From: Porpidia crustulata | Lineage: Eukaryota | DNA: 39,140 bases | NCBI GenBank assembly: GCA_964255105.1 | Contig: CAXUWE010000005.1 | Span: forward strand, 1-39,140 | Direction: 5' to 3' | The notes under the pieces: model-generated | What the model was told of the DNA's origin: nothing | Seen by the model: only the letters and a program-made list of their open reading frames with translations | Database searches by the model: none | Part shown: positions 11,256 to 23,200 of the stretch, piece after piece | How the letters are laid out: every line of letters starts with the position of its first letter | How positions within the stretch are numbered: the first letter of the stretch is position 1 | Program-made: the position numbers and the translations under genes

Positions 11256-13531
11256 GTTTGCGTGTGGACAATACAAGTCACACAAAAGTATGCATCTCAC
11301 GTGGAAATCAACAGTGCAGTTACGGCAATGTATCTACCAGACGCAGAGGTGAAGATATCAGTAGAGCGGGACCACAAAGATCGGAGTCGGATATGTCATA
11401 TAAACCATGCGAGGTCTGAAACTACCTACAGAATGCCCCGGTGCACGTTCTGCCGTTGGACCAAAGATCGGGAGCACGACGCTCGTGGCTATGACCCGTT
11501 GTGTAGAATCGGCCTGGGTTCGTCATGGGTCAAGCCACCCGGATCTCTCCACTCAATTCTCCTCAAGTGAAGTTCGAGACGACAAATCACAAGCTGTTGG
11601 GTCTATCCCCATGAGGCCGCTGATATGCTCATCGATATGGTGGGACAACCCCCAGGGATGCTGTGGGCCCATCGACGAAGGTTAATAGGATCGGTTAGCA
11701 GGCGCCCGGCCAAATTTCCAGTCGTGTTGGCTTTTTCAGCGGTCATCATGATCGACAGCTGAGCCTAGAGGACAACACCCATCGGGCGACGTCTTTGTTT
11801 GCCTATACAACCCATACGGTGGTTTGGCATGGGCGTTGCCCCTTGGAGGCATGCCACAGCGCCACCATCGGCTTCCCCACTCATCGACGTTTTTGTTGAT
11901 GTACCTGACAAAGCAGGCACTAATGCAACGACATACCGTGTATTCTTTGTCATTACACTAGTACAACCTGTCATGAAAATTTGGTGGAGTCCGACGGGCA
12001 ACGATAGGCGCGGCTGATCTGCACCCCGCACCCGAGCTAGCTATCCTGGTTTAGTTTAACTTCAACTGGGGATTTGGTCCTACCCGAAGCAACCTGTCAT
12101 GCATGCAAGAATTCACCAACTGGCGCCACAACAAACGACATTTGCGCAAGGAACCTCAACAGTCTTGCCGGTCAACGAGCAACTGGTAGCGGAACACCGA
12201 TTTCCGGTGGCTTTGGCAGACACGCACCGTTACACTCGTTAGTCAGTCGTTTAATCCCTCTCGTTTGCTTTTCCTTCTCGCATAGAGTACCTTACCTTAC
12301 TCTAGAGTCGCTCGCGCTACGACGCTTTACCGTCGGGTCTGAGGACGGAAGAACCCGCAAGGGCCCGTCAAGCACAAAATGAACGACACAACAATTCATT
12401 ATTGACGTTGTTGAGCTTTCGATTCGATGTCTCCGCGTACGCTATTACTCTACGGCTGTACAGTAAGCAATGGATGAGTTTCCGCACTGACCGGCACCGT
12501 TAGGTAAAGGAAATCGGTTCCCGTTGCACTTCGACCGCGTGCGACTGCAAGCACCGTTGATTTCTGCAGGACATTAGCCTAGACTTACATAGGTACCGAG
12601 TCATTGCGCATAACGACGCTGCAGCACTAAGCCTCCACTTCTGCCTTCATTTCAGCAAAATTTGACGCGATCCACTGAGCTCAAGATGGCATGGGTCTGC
12701 TTGCTTGTTCCTCTCATTAAGCACGCAATATCGCTTGTATTTTCTCTTTTCAGAGACTCCGAGAATCATGTGAGGCTGCCCAGCGCCGCAGTCTTTAATT
12801 TAAAAACTTGATTAATCCTTAGCCTGCCTTTTGCGAATCAGAGACGCCACGCGTGAGGTGGAGTTTTTACCCAAATCGCACTCATGAGGATGGTGCAATT
12901 TCACTTGAACCTATGGCGGATCGGTGCTATTTTTAGGCTGAGACGTAGTTCATCAAAGATGGAGACGGCAGACACAGCGGATTGGTGTGACTCGGATGAG
13001 TATAGGCCCTTCCCACTACGACTGCTACTTCTCTACATGGCACGCTTGCTCGTATACCACGGAACTCCACCGTCGTCACGATGGGTCCTTGCTCTCGCCT
13101 GGAGCCGAACGGCACAACGAGCGCGAAGATATGGCTCGCCACCTTGCCGCCATGGATGGTAACATGACGGCATGGCTTGAAAGAGAAGACAATGACACTT
13201 AGAGTAAGGTCAGAAGAGTATACCAAATGGGTGTGATTGGGCCGTAGAACAGCTCCTGTGACGTTGAAAGTGTCAGCATTTTCATCGAAAATGCGAAAAC
13301 TCGGTACTCCCCAGACTCTAGGAATCCCAACCCCAGGTTTAGTTCATGCAATCCTGTGACGCTTTTACATTGTTTTTCACGATGCCACAGACCATTTCCA
13401 AGGAAGGAAGAATCCACACCCCTCATAATTTGTTTATGAAAACGCTGCTTCTGCACTGACCCTAACAGCAGACATCACATTAATAACACTGTATTAGACA
13501 TTTTTTGGCTTACCACGAAAAATTTGTCGTT
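11256..13531. promoter_or_regulatory. Divergent intergenic/promoter region shared by the ABC transporter and the NRPS
   Basis: About 2.3 kb between head-to-head ATGs at 11255 (-) and 13532 (+). The short ORFs inside have no recognisable motifs. Confidence 0.6.
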
Positions 13532-14280
13532 ATGGAGAACCAAGCCTCTTGTACTTCCTTATCAGGTCCAGACACCGAAGCTTGCAGGCTCCCTCTCTTG
13601 GATGGCGAGACTAGCGGGTCTGCTGAGAACATCACGACTGAAGTTCGGCTTGAGAATGCTTCTAGCATTCTCAATGTCTGCCGGCGTGACAAGATTCGGT
13701 TTTCTAGCACAGTTTGTACGGCTTGGGCACTTCTGCTACGGTGCTACACAGGCCAGGACCGAGTCACGTTCGAGTACACAACCGATAACGCGAGTGCTAC
13801 GGCATCCTTCCTCCGGATGGACTTCGGTGAGGATGAGATTCTGTCCAAGCACACGGAGAGCGCCAGAGATGTCATTACCGGCATTGAGCAGAAGCGACTC
13901 GTTGCAACAAGATTAAGCGCGGCTAGCGTAAATTATGAAACGGCGTCACCGTTGGTCAATACTGCAGTCTGCATTTGCGATTCGGAGATGCGTTCGGGAA
14001 TGCTTGCTAAGACAGCCGAGAAATCCATAGAGGTAAGTGGCTACACATGTGGCCGCAAAACAATATCGACAGTTAGTCTAATGACTCAACTCAGGGACAT
14101 GTCATATTGCTAGTGGAAGTCATCAATGGAATTCCGAGACTGTCGTTGAGGTCGTGGAGCTCTGATGCTTCGTTGATCTATATCGACAGTCTTGCGGACG
14201 CTTTCAGTCATGTCTTGGAGCTGCTTGCTCAATCGTCTGGCCAGCGATTGAAAGAAGTAGACTATTTGAGCGATACTAAC
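13532..14280 (+). other. NRPS N-terminal truncated condensation domain (C-terminal lobe only)
   Basis: TEACRLPLL..TAWALLLRCYTGQDRVTF..NTAV resembles the second half of C domains (compare AWALTLEAYTGSKDICY in module 2). No HHxxxDG motif is present. Confidence 0.7.
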
Positions 14281-17200
14281 AAAGACCGACTTCACCGATG
14301 GAATCAGGTCCCCTTTGCGCCCGTAGATAGATGCGTGACCGATCTCGTCTACGAACAAGTGCAGGCCGAGCCTGATCACGAAGCAGTCTGTGCGTGGGAT
14401 GGTAGCCTTACGTACCGCAAACTTTGGAAACATGTCCATAGGCTTGCGCTAAGCCTGGTAAATGAAGGGGTCGGACCTGGCCTCATTGTCCCTCTTTGCT
14501 TTGAAAAATCAATGTGGGCACCGGTGGCGATGCTAGCCGTCATGGAGGCAGGAGCAGGTTTCTGTCCATTAGATGCCTCCCAACCACTACCACGGTTGAA
14601 GAGCCTCGTGGGAAGATTGGAGGCTGGAGTGCTGCTCTGCTCGCCGAAATACCATGAGACGTTAGCATCAATTGCTGACAAAGTCATACCGGTCGATGCG
14701 GAGATGATTGAGAATCTTCCGGAAGACCTCATGGACAAGTTTTTCCGGTCCGCTCCATCAGATGTGGCTTACGTCCTATGGACCTCTGGCTCAACTGGCG
14801 AACCGAAAGGTGTTGTCATAGAGCATCACGCATATTGCGCGAGCGCCAAGGCTCATGCACCAGCATTCTCGATTGATTCCAACTCTCGAGTCTTGCAGTA
14901 TGCGTCTTACGTTTTTGACGCATCTATGATTGAAAATTTGACGGCACTCATGGTCGGTGCTACTATATGTATTCCAAGTGAGTTCTCCCGACTCAATGGC
15001 CTCTCCGAAGCTATGAACCAGATGCGTGTCACTTACGCCGAATTTACGCCGTCTGTTGTCAATTTCTTGGATCCATCTGAGCTCCCAGGCTTGAGAACCT
15101 TGCTGCTCATGGGAGAAGCAATGAGTCGAGATAACATGATGACGTGGTCGCGGACGGGGATTACGTTGTCTAATGCATATGGTCCAGCTGAATGTTCTGT
15201 TGCCGCGACCTCGAACCCTGACGTTCGCTTACATGGCGAACCATCGCTTATTGGCCATCCGCTCGGAGTGAAGACTTGGGTCGTGGATCCCGAGAACCAC
15301 GATCGGCTTGTTCCTCCTGGATGTATTGGGGAGTTGTTGATCGAAGGACCGACGCTAGCCCGTGGGTATCTGGATGACATAGATCGCACACGGGAAGCAT
15401 TCATCGAGAATCCAGCTTGGGCGCAGCAGTCAAGTGACCTCGAATGTGGGATCAATCGGCGGATGTACAAGACTGGAGACCTCGTTCGGTATCGCACTTC
15501 GAACGGGATGCTTCACTTCATTGGCCGTAAAGATACGCAGGTAAAGCACCATGGGCAGCGGATCGAGCTTGGCGACATCGAGCATCATCTCCGAGCCTGC
15601 CTATCTGTCAAGCATGGTATGGTAGTCCTGCCGAAAGTAGGGCTATGCTCGGGGCGGTTGGTTGCTGCGATATCGTTGGAATGTAGCTCGACAGTCGATA
15701 ATTCGAAAAAGCCGATGTTGGTTGACACAAAGGCTCGAGAAGAGGCAGCATCTATAATTGATGCAGCTCGTGCGAGACTTTCCATTCAACTGCCTGCATT
15801 TATGTTACCCTCCATTTGGCTTATCTTTCAATCGATTCCGTTGCTGAGTTCTGGGAAAATGGACCGCAAAGCTTTGATGAGCGCCACTCAAGATATCAGC
15901 GACGTAGATTATGCTCGATGGGTCGGGTCTGGTGATGTCAATGAGAATGAAATGCCTGCTACAGAAATCGAAAATCAACTGAGGCTAATCTGGGCCCAAG
16001 TGCTGAATCTCCGGCCCACCCAGATAGGCTTGAGTAAGCAGTCTTTCCTAAGCTTAGGAGGCGATTCGATTTCTGCGATGACTGTACAGAGTCAATGCAA
16101 GAAGCGAAAGATCGGCATTACCGTTCAGGATATACTACGCGCCAAATCTATCCGTCACCTCACGAATTTTGCAGAGACTGTTGCGCGCAATACAACGTAT
16201 GACGAGAAGATCGAAGAAGATTTTGACCTTTCACCAATCCAAAGGTTGTACTTTGAATTCCCGCGGGATAAGGGCCATTTCAGCCAAAGCTTTTTCTTGC
16301 GATTGACCAGAAAAGTGGATCCAGCGGTGATGCATCAAGCGGCGGAGACGATCGTGAATCGTCATTCCATGCTGCGAGCGAGGTTTCATTTGTCAGCACT
16401 GGATGACGAGTGGAAACAGCGCATCACCAGTGATGTTGCAGGATCATATTCTTTCCATCATATTCGATGCAGCTCCAAAGAAGATGCCGTCCCTGCGATG
16501 TCGAAAAGCCAAACTTCGCTCGACCCAGTGGATGGGCCGTTGTTTGCAGTCGACCTCTTCGACGTTGATAGCGGCGCTCAGCTACTTTTCATGACCGCTC
16601 ACCATCTTGTCGTTGATCTTGTCTCCTGGCGAGTGGTCCTGGAGGAGGTGGAAGAGCTCCTTACCAACCCCACGGCTGGTGCAGTGGCCGAGCCATGTCT
16701 AAACTTTCAAGCGTGGTGCAGACTACAGCAAGAGGATGCGCAGAAGGCTCCTATCAATACGGTCTTGCCTACTAGTGAGATACCAGCGCAAAGCTTTGAT
16801 TACTGGGGTGTCGAAGAACGTGAAAATACCTACGGCAACGTCAGTTGTAAAGGGTTTGAACTGGACGCAGCTTCAACATCCTTACTAATGTCAAAGTGTC
16901 ACCAAGCGTTCCAGACTGAGCCACTCGACTTCCTGCTCGCAGCGATGATTCACTCCTTTTCCCGAGTCTTCACTGACCGAACTTCTCCTGCAATTTTCAA
17001 CGAAGGCCACGGCCGCGAAGTATGGGATAGGTCAATTGACTTATCTCGGACCGTCGGCTGGTTTACAACAATGTATCCAGTGTATATCGCCTCAGCTGAC
17101 GCCAAGGACTTCACCAATGCCTTGCGTCGCGTGAAAGACTACCGCCGTTCAGTTCCCGGCAACGGTAGGCCGTATTTTGCCAGCCGCCTGCTTACTGCCA

Positions 17201-20200
17201 AGGGCGCGAAAAGGTTCGGAGGGCATTGGCCTCTTGAGATCACCTTCAACTACTTGGGAACTTACCAGCAACTCGAACGGGAAGATGCCTTTCTTGTACC
17301 AGCTGAAGAAATGGCGGGTGAGGCACGAGGGGCTGGAGGCAAAGCTGATTATGGTCATGAAACTCCTCGTTTTGGACTGTTTGAGATCTCAGCCGTTGTC
17401 GTGCAAGGCAAGCTTCGCTATTCATTCACGTTCAATCGAGGCATGAAGCACCTGGACAGGGTGGATGCCTGGATATCTGAGTGTCACGATACGCTCCACT
17501 CGATGCCATCAGCCGTTGCGTGTATGGCGCGTTGTCCTACACTCTCCGATTACCCTCTTCTGCCACTGGATTACAATGGGCTTCAGAGACTGACATCAGA
17601 GAGACTCCCCTCCCTTTGTGTGGACGTTGCTAATGTTGAAGATATCTACAGGTGCTCACAGATACAGCAGGGTCTTGTGATTAGTACGAAGCGAGACGCA
17701 GGAATGTATGCAGTTGAAGGAACCTATGAGATCAAACCGGCAGATGCCAGAATCCGAGTCGACAGCGGACGACTTGCAAAAGCATGGCAAAATGTCGTGG
17801 ATCGACATGCTTCTTTGCGCACTCTGTTTATTGAGAGTCTAAGCCAAGGCGACGCACTTTACGATCAGCTGGTCTTACGAAACGTTGATGCAAGGATTGA
17901 ACTCATAGCGTGTGAATCTGAAAACGACGTTGATCGTACTTTTTCTGAGCAATCCAAGATGCAATACAGTAACTCCGCCCCTGCTCATCGACTGACAATC
18001 TGCGAAACAAGTAGTTGGAAAGTATTCCTCAAATTGGAAATTAGCCATACTCTTATCGACGGTGCATCGATGGATATAATCTACGAGGAAATTGTGTCCT
18101 CTTACGAGGGGAAGCTTCTTGGAGAGCCCGGGCCACTGTACAGTAGCTACATCTCTTTTCTGCTGCAGCAGCCTCTCCAAACAGGCCTTAGGTACTGGAA
18201 GTCCTTTCTTTCCGGGGTAGAGCCTACTTCCTTCCCCGTACTCAAGGATTCTTCCGCTGAGCGGAAGCTCCATTCGCAGCGTTTCGACTATACAGAATTT
18301 GAGGATCTACAAAAATTCTGTGAGTTACACGGCGTCACCATGGCTAATGTTTTTCATGTTGCATGGGCCTTGACGCTTGAAGCCTACACTGGATCTAAGG
18401 ATATCTGCTATGGCTATCTGATTTCGGTACGAGACCCAGCAATCAAGGACGTGAACAGAATGGTGGGGTATCTCGTGAATATGGCCGTTTGCCGAGTGGT
18501 GCTTTCTCCGGATACCCCGGTCATGGCAGTGATACGACAGGTGCAAAAGGACCTTTCGAAAGCCCAGGAGCATCGGCATATAGCATTGTCAGAGGTTATG
18601 CACGCTCTCAAACTTTCTGGAGAAGCGCTCTTCAATACCTGCTTGTCATATCGAAAAATTGCTCCTACAATGAAAGCTGAAAAGCATGATGTTTTCTTGG
18701 AAGAACATCGCCCTTATTACGATCCTACGGAATACAACCTTTCGATCAACATCGAAGTCTCTGAACAAGCTGCCGCAATCGATCTAGATTACTGGATTGA
18801 TTGTCTATCGGACAGTCATGCCATCAATGTAGCGAACTCTTTTTTCCACGCGCTCAGGAATATCGTTGGGCACTCCGACGAGAAGCTTGGCCAATTAAAT
18901 GATGTCAGCGAACCGGACAGACGTCTGATCATGTCTTGGAACAAGATGATTCCTCCTACCATTCACAAAACTGTCCACGAGGTTGTCAGCGAACAAGTCG
19001 CGCTCCAGCCCAACAAAGAAGCCATCTGCGCTTGGGACGCGTCTCTCACTTTTGCTGAGCTTGATACTCTCGCAGAAAAACTTGCAGGGTACTTAAGATT
19101 CTGTGGTGTCGAGCCTGAATCCTTTGTTTGCCTGTGCTGTGAAAAGTCTGCATATACACCAGTTACCATGCTTGGTGTTTTGAAAGCTGGAGGTGCGTTC
19201 GCGAGTTTGGATCCTATTCATCCCACTGAGGCACTCGAGCTGCGCATCAAGGATACACAGGCGAAAGTCATCCTCACTTCGCCATGCTACAACTCTCTCT
19301 TCGACGGCATGGGACTACGTGTTGTTTCGGTTGACGCTGCATTCCTCGATCAGTTGCAGCTTCTTCCGAACAGAGCTATCGAATCAGTAGGGCCCAGTAA
19401 TCCTTGCTGCACAATTTACACGAGTGGTAGTACTGGTAAGCCTAAAGGGGTTGTCTTAGAGCATTCAGCGCTCGTAACGAGCGCTGCGGCCCATGGGTCC
19501 GTACTGGGGATGGATAAAGGGACACGATTCTTGCAATACGCTAGTTACACATTTGATAACTGCCTGGAAGAGACTTTCACCACTCTGATGCGTGGTGGCA
19601 CTGTTTGTGTGCCTTCAGATCATGATCGTATGAACGATGTAGCCGGTGCTTGCACGAGGCTCAATGCCAACTGGATCGATTTGACTCCTACCGTGGCAAT
19701 GTATCTAAATCCCGCAGAGATGCAAAGCATTAAATACATGTCTTTAGGTGGTGAGGCTTTAACGAAAGCTGTGGTGGAAGTTTGGGGCGGTGAAGTGGAG
19801 ATCCATGCCCAATATGGTCCTTGTGAATGCTCAATAAACTCCGCCCATAGAATCATATATGAGAAGGATATTGACCCTACGAGCATTGGAACGTCTGTTG
19901 GCAGTGTATCTTGGATTGTCGATCTGACTGATCATAATCGTCTTGTCCCAATCGGCCGCGAAGGTGAACTACTAATCGAAGGTCCAATACTTGCCAGGGG
20001 ATACCTCAACGATAAAGAAAAGACTGCCAAGGCCTTTATCGAGGATCCAGAATGGGCTCAAGCTTATCGACCAAGGATCGAGAATCATTCTGGCTCTCGA
20101 CGAATGTACAAGACAGGTGACCTAGTGCGGTATAATACTGACGGCACAATGGACTATTGTGGACGAAAAGATCATCAGATCAAACTCCATGGCCAGAGAA

Positions 20201-23200
20201 TCGAATTGGGTGAAATCGAATACCATGTCAAACCTCAACTTCCCCCGGACTGGCAATTCGGTGTCGACTTGGTTGCGCCTAGTGGCTTAAAGATGCTGGC
20301 TCTCTTTGCATGTCCGCAGAAATATAATTCCGCTACTACAATGGGCAACACCGTGCTTCCTATGTCCACGGAACTTCAAACCATATTCCGGACTTTAGAG
20401 GTGGCATTAGCCAAGTCGCTGCCAAAACACATGGTTCCTTCGATGTACATTCCTTTGGCGAGCCTCCCACGTTCAAGCTCTGGAAAATTGGACAGAAAGC
20501 AGCTGAAAGCACTTGCTCAATCCTTGGATGAGAACCAAATCGCCATGTTTCGTCTCGCTGGGAAAAGTGGCCGCAAGCCATCATCTGAGGTCGAAAAGAC
20601 GCTGGCCGGCCTGTGGGAAAATTTGCTCAAACTTGAAGCTGGCTCAATTGGCATGGACTCGCAATTTTTCCGCATGGGCGGGGATTCTATCGCTGCAATC
20701 CGACTAGTTACTACAGCGCGGTCTAAGGGGATCAACCTCACAGTAGCAAGCATATTCCGCAACGCAGTGTTCTCCGAAATGTGCGCTAGTGCGCAACTCT
20801 CTGACGAATTGACTGTAGATTGCAACACATTACCTGCACCGAGACCATTCGAGCTTCTGCCGGCAAATATTCCGGCTGATCAAGTCATCAGCGAAGTTTC
20901 GCATTTGTGCAATGCCGAGCAGCTGGAAGTCGTGGATGTATACCCTTGCACGCCCATGCAAGAAGGACTCATCGCATTAAGCAGCAAGAAACCTGGAGCC
21001 TATGTCGCACAGACTACATATCGTATGACCAATGTTAACGTCGAAAAGTTCAAGAACGCTTGGCAGGCTGTTGTGGCTACTGAAAACATCTTGCGAACTC
21101 GGATCGTGTTTACTGAGTCGCTTGGCTTCCTTCAGACCGTCGTCAATAAACCAATCGTTTGGTCTGAGCCTGAAGATCTAGATCATCTATTTGATGCAAA
21201 GGAGTTTCAAGGGGCTTACAGTGGGGGTAGTCTATCAGATTACGCCGTTGTCAAAAGGGGAGATGAAACTGGATTCTTCTTCGTGTGGACTATTCATCAT
21301 GCCTTGTACGATCGATGGTCTGTGCCAATGATCTTGCAAAAGGTTCGGACACATTACTACGAGGGATCATTGGCGGCTCCCACTAAAGCGCCACTGTTTC
21401 CCCAATTCATTCGATTCTTACTTGGCCAAGACAAAGCCGAGTCCGCGAAGTTCTGGCAATCGAGACTTGCTGGAACCATGTCGCCCCAATTTCCTACACT
21501 ACCCAAGCCGACATACCAGCCGAATGCAACCGGTCGCTACTTAAACTTCATGCCAATTTCCAGAAAGCCGAACGCAGAACTAACGATACCAATGCTCATT
21601 CGTTCGGCGTGGGGATTGACAATTTCAGCATACTCCAATTCTGATGATGTAGCATTCGGTGAGATCTTCTCAGGCCGTGATACTCCCCTCGATGGCATTG
21701 AAGATATGACTGGGCCTGCATTCGCTACTGTACCCATTCGCGTGCAAGCGAAACGTGACCTCAAAGTGGGAGATTATCTGAAGCAATTCCAAAAGGACTT
21801 CACAGAGGCGCTACCGTATCAGCACATGGGCCTTTTGAGCATCACGCGCATTGATGCAGATACCAAAAACGCCTGCGAGTTCCAGAACTTGATTTCCATC
21901 AACAACGAAGTGGCAGATACGAGCGACTTTTTCGGGGTGGAACGCGCCGCTGGTTCTGGAAGTGCGTTCTTCACTTACGGGCTTACGGTCTCGTTTGACG
22001 TTCACGCCTCCGAGATTGAATTAGAGGCCCACTTTGACCCACAATGCATCTCTCAATGGCAGATCGGGAGGCTGCTGAAATATTTTGAATATGCTCTAAA
22101 TCAGTTGAGCTTGATAGAGACAGATCCTTCTACATTAGGCGAGATGCGGATGCTTCATGCGGAGGACGAAGCTATCATCAGAGACTGGAACAGCGAAGCC
22201 CCAACACATGTTGAGAAATGCGTGCATGAAATCGTCCATGAGAAGGCAAACACGCTTCCGCTTTCATGCCCCGCTGTCTGCGCTTGGGACGCTCAAATAA
22301 CATACCATGAATTGGATCAGATAGCAACGTCTTTCGCGCACTACCTACTGAGCAGCGGTATAGGCCATCAAAGCTACGTGCCAGTGTGTTTTGAGAAGAC
22401 AGCACTCGCCGTGATATCGATGCTGGCGATCATGAAAACAGGAGCAGCCTTTGTGCCAATTGACGGGGATGCCCCGACAGCACGACTGCAAGGAATCGTG
22501 CAAGATGCCGATGCTACTCATGTTCTTTGTTCGCCAAAGTATAAGCAGCTATGCGATTTTCTGGAGTTAAGGACGGTAGTTGTGGACCGTCAGACTATCA
22601 TGGACTGCCCTAAGAATTACGAACCACTACCATACTACGCAAGTAGTGATATCGCCTACATCATCTTCACGAGCGGTTCAACCGGCAAGCCTAAAGGGAC
22701 ATTGGTATCGCACTCAGCATTTTCTAGCGGGGCACTCGCACATGGCCCAGCTATGGGAATGCAATCTTCATCGCGGGTGTTGCAATTTGCGTCCTACACA
22801 TTTGATGCCTCGGTGATGGAGATCCTGTCCACGCTCCTCATGGGCGGATGCGTTTGTATACCAGATGACAAAACGCGTCTGAACGATGTTGCAAAAGCGA
22901 TCAACGACCTTGATGTCAACTGGGCCTTATTGACGCCTTCATTTGCAAAGCTGCTCTCACCAGATACGGTCCCAGGATTGAAAACTCTAGTCCTGGGTGG
23001 AGAGGCTATGTCTCAGACCGATGTCGTGACGTGGGCAGACAGAACTCGCCTGGTCAATGCGTACGGGCCCAGCGAAGCTGCGGTCGTGGCCGCTGTCAAT
23101 GGTCACGTCACCGCTGATTCCAAGTTCTCCAGTATAGGAACCGCGGTCGGTGGTCGCTGCTTCATTGTGAATCAGCATAATCATGATGAGCTGGTTCCTG

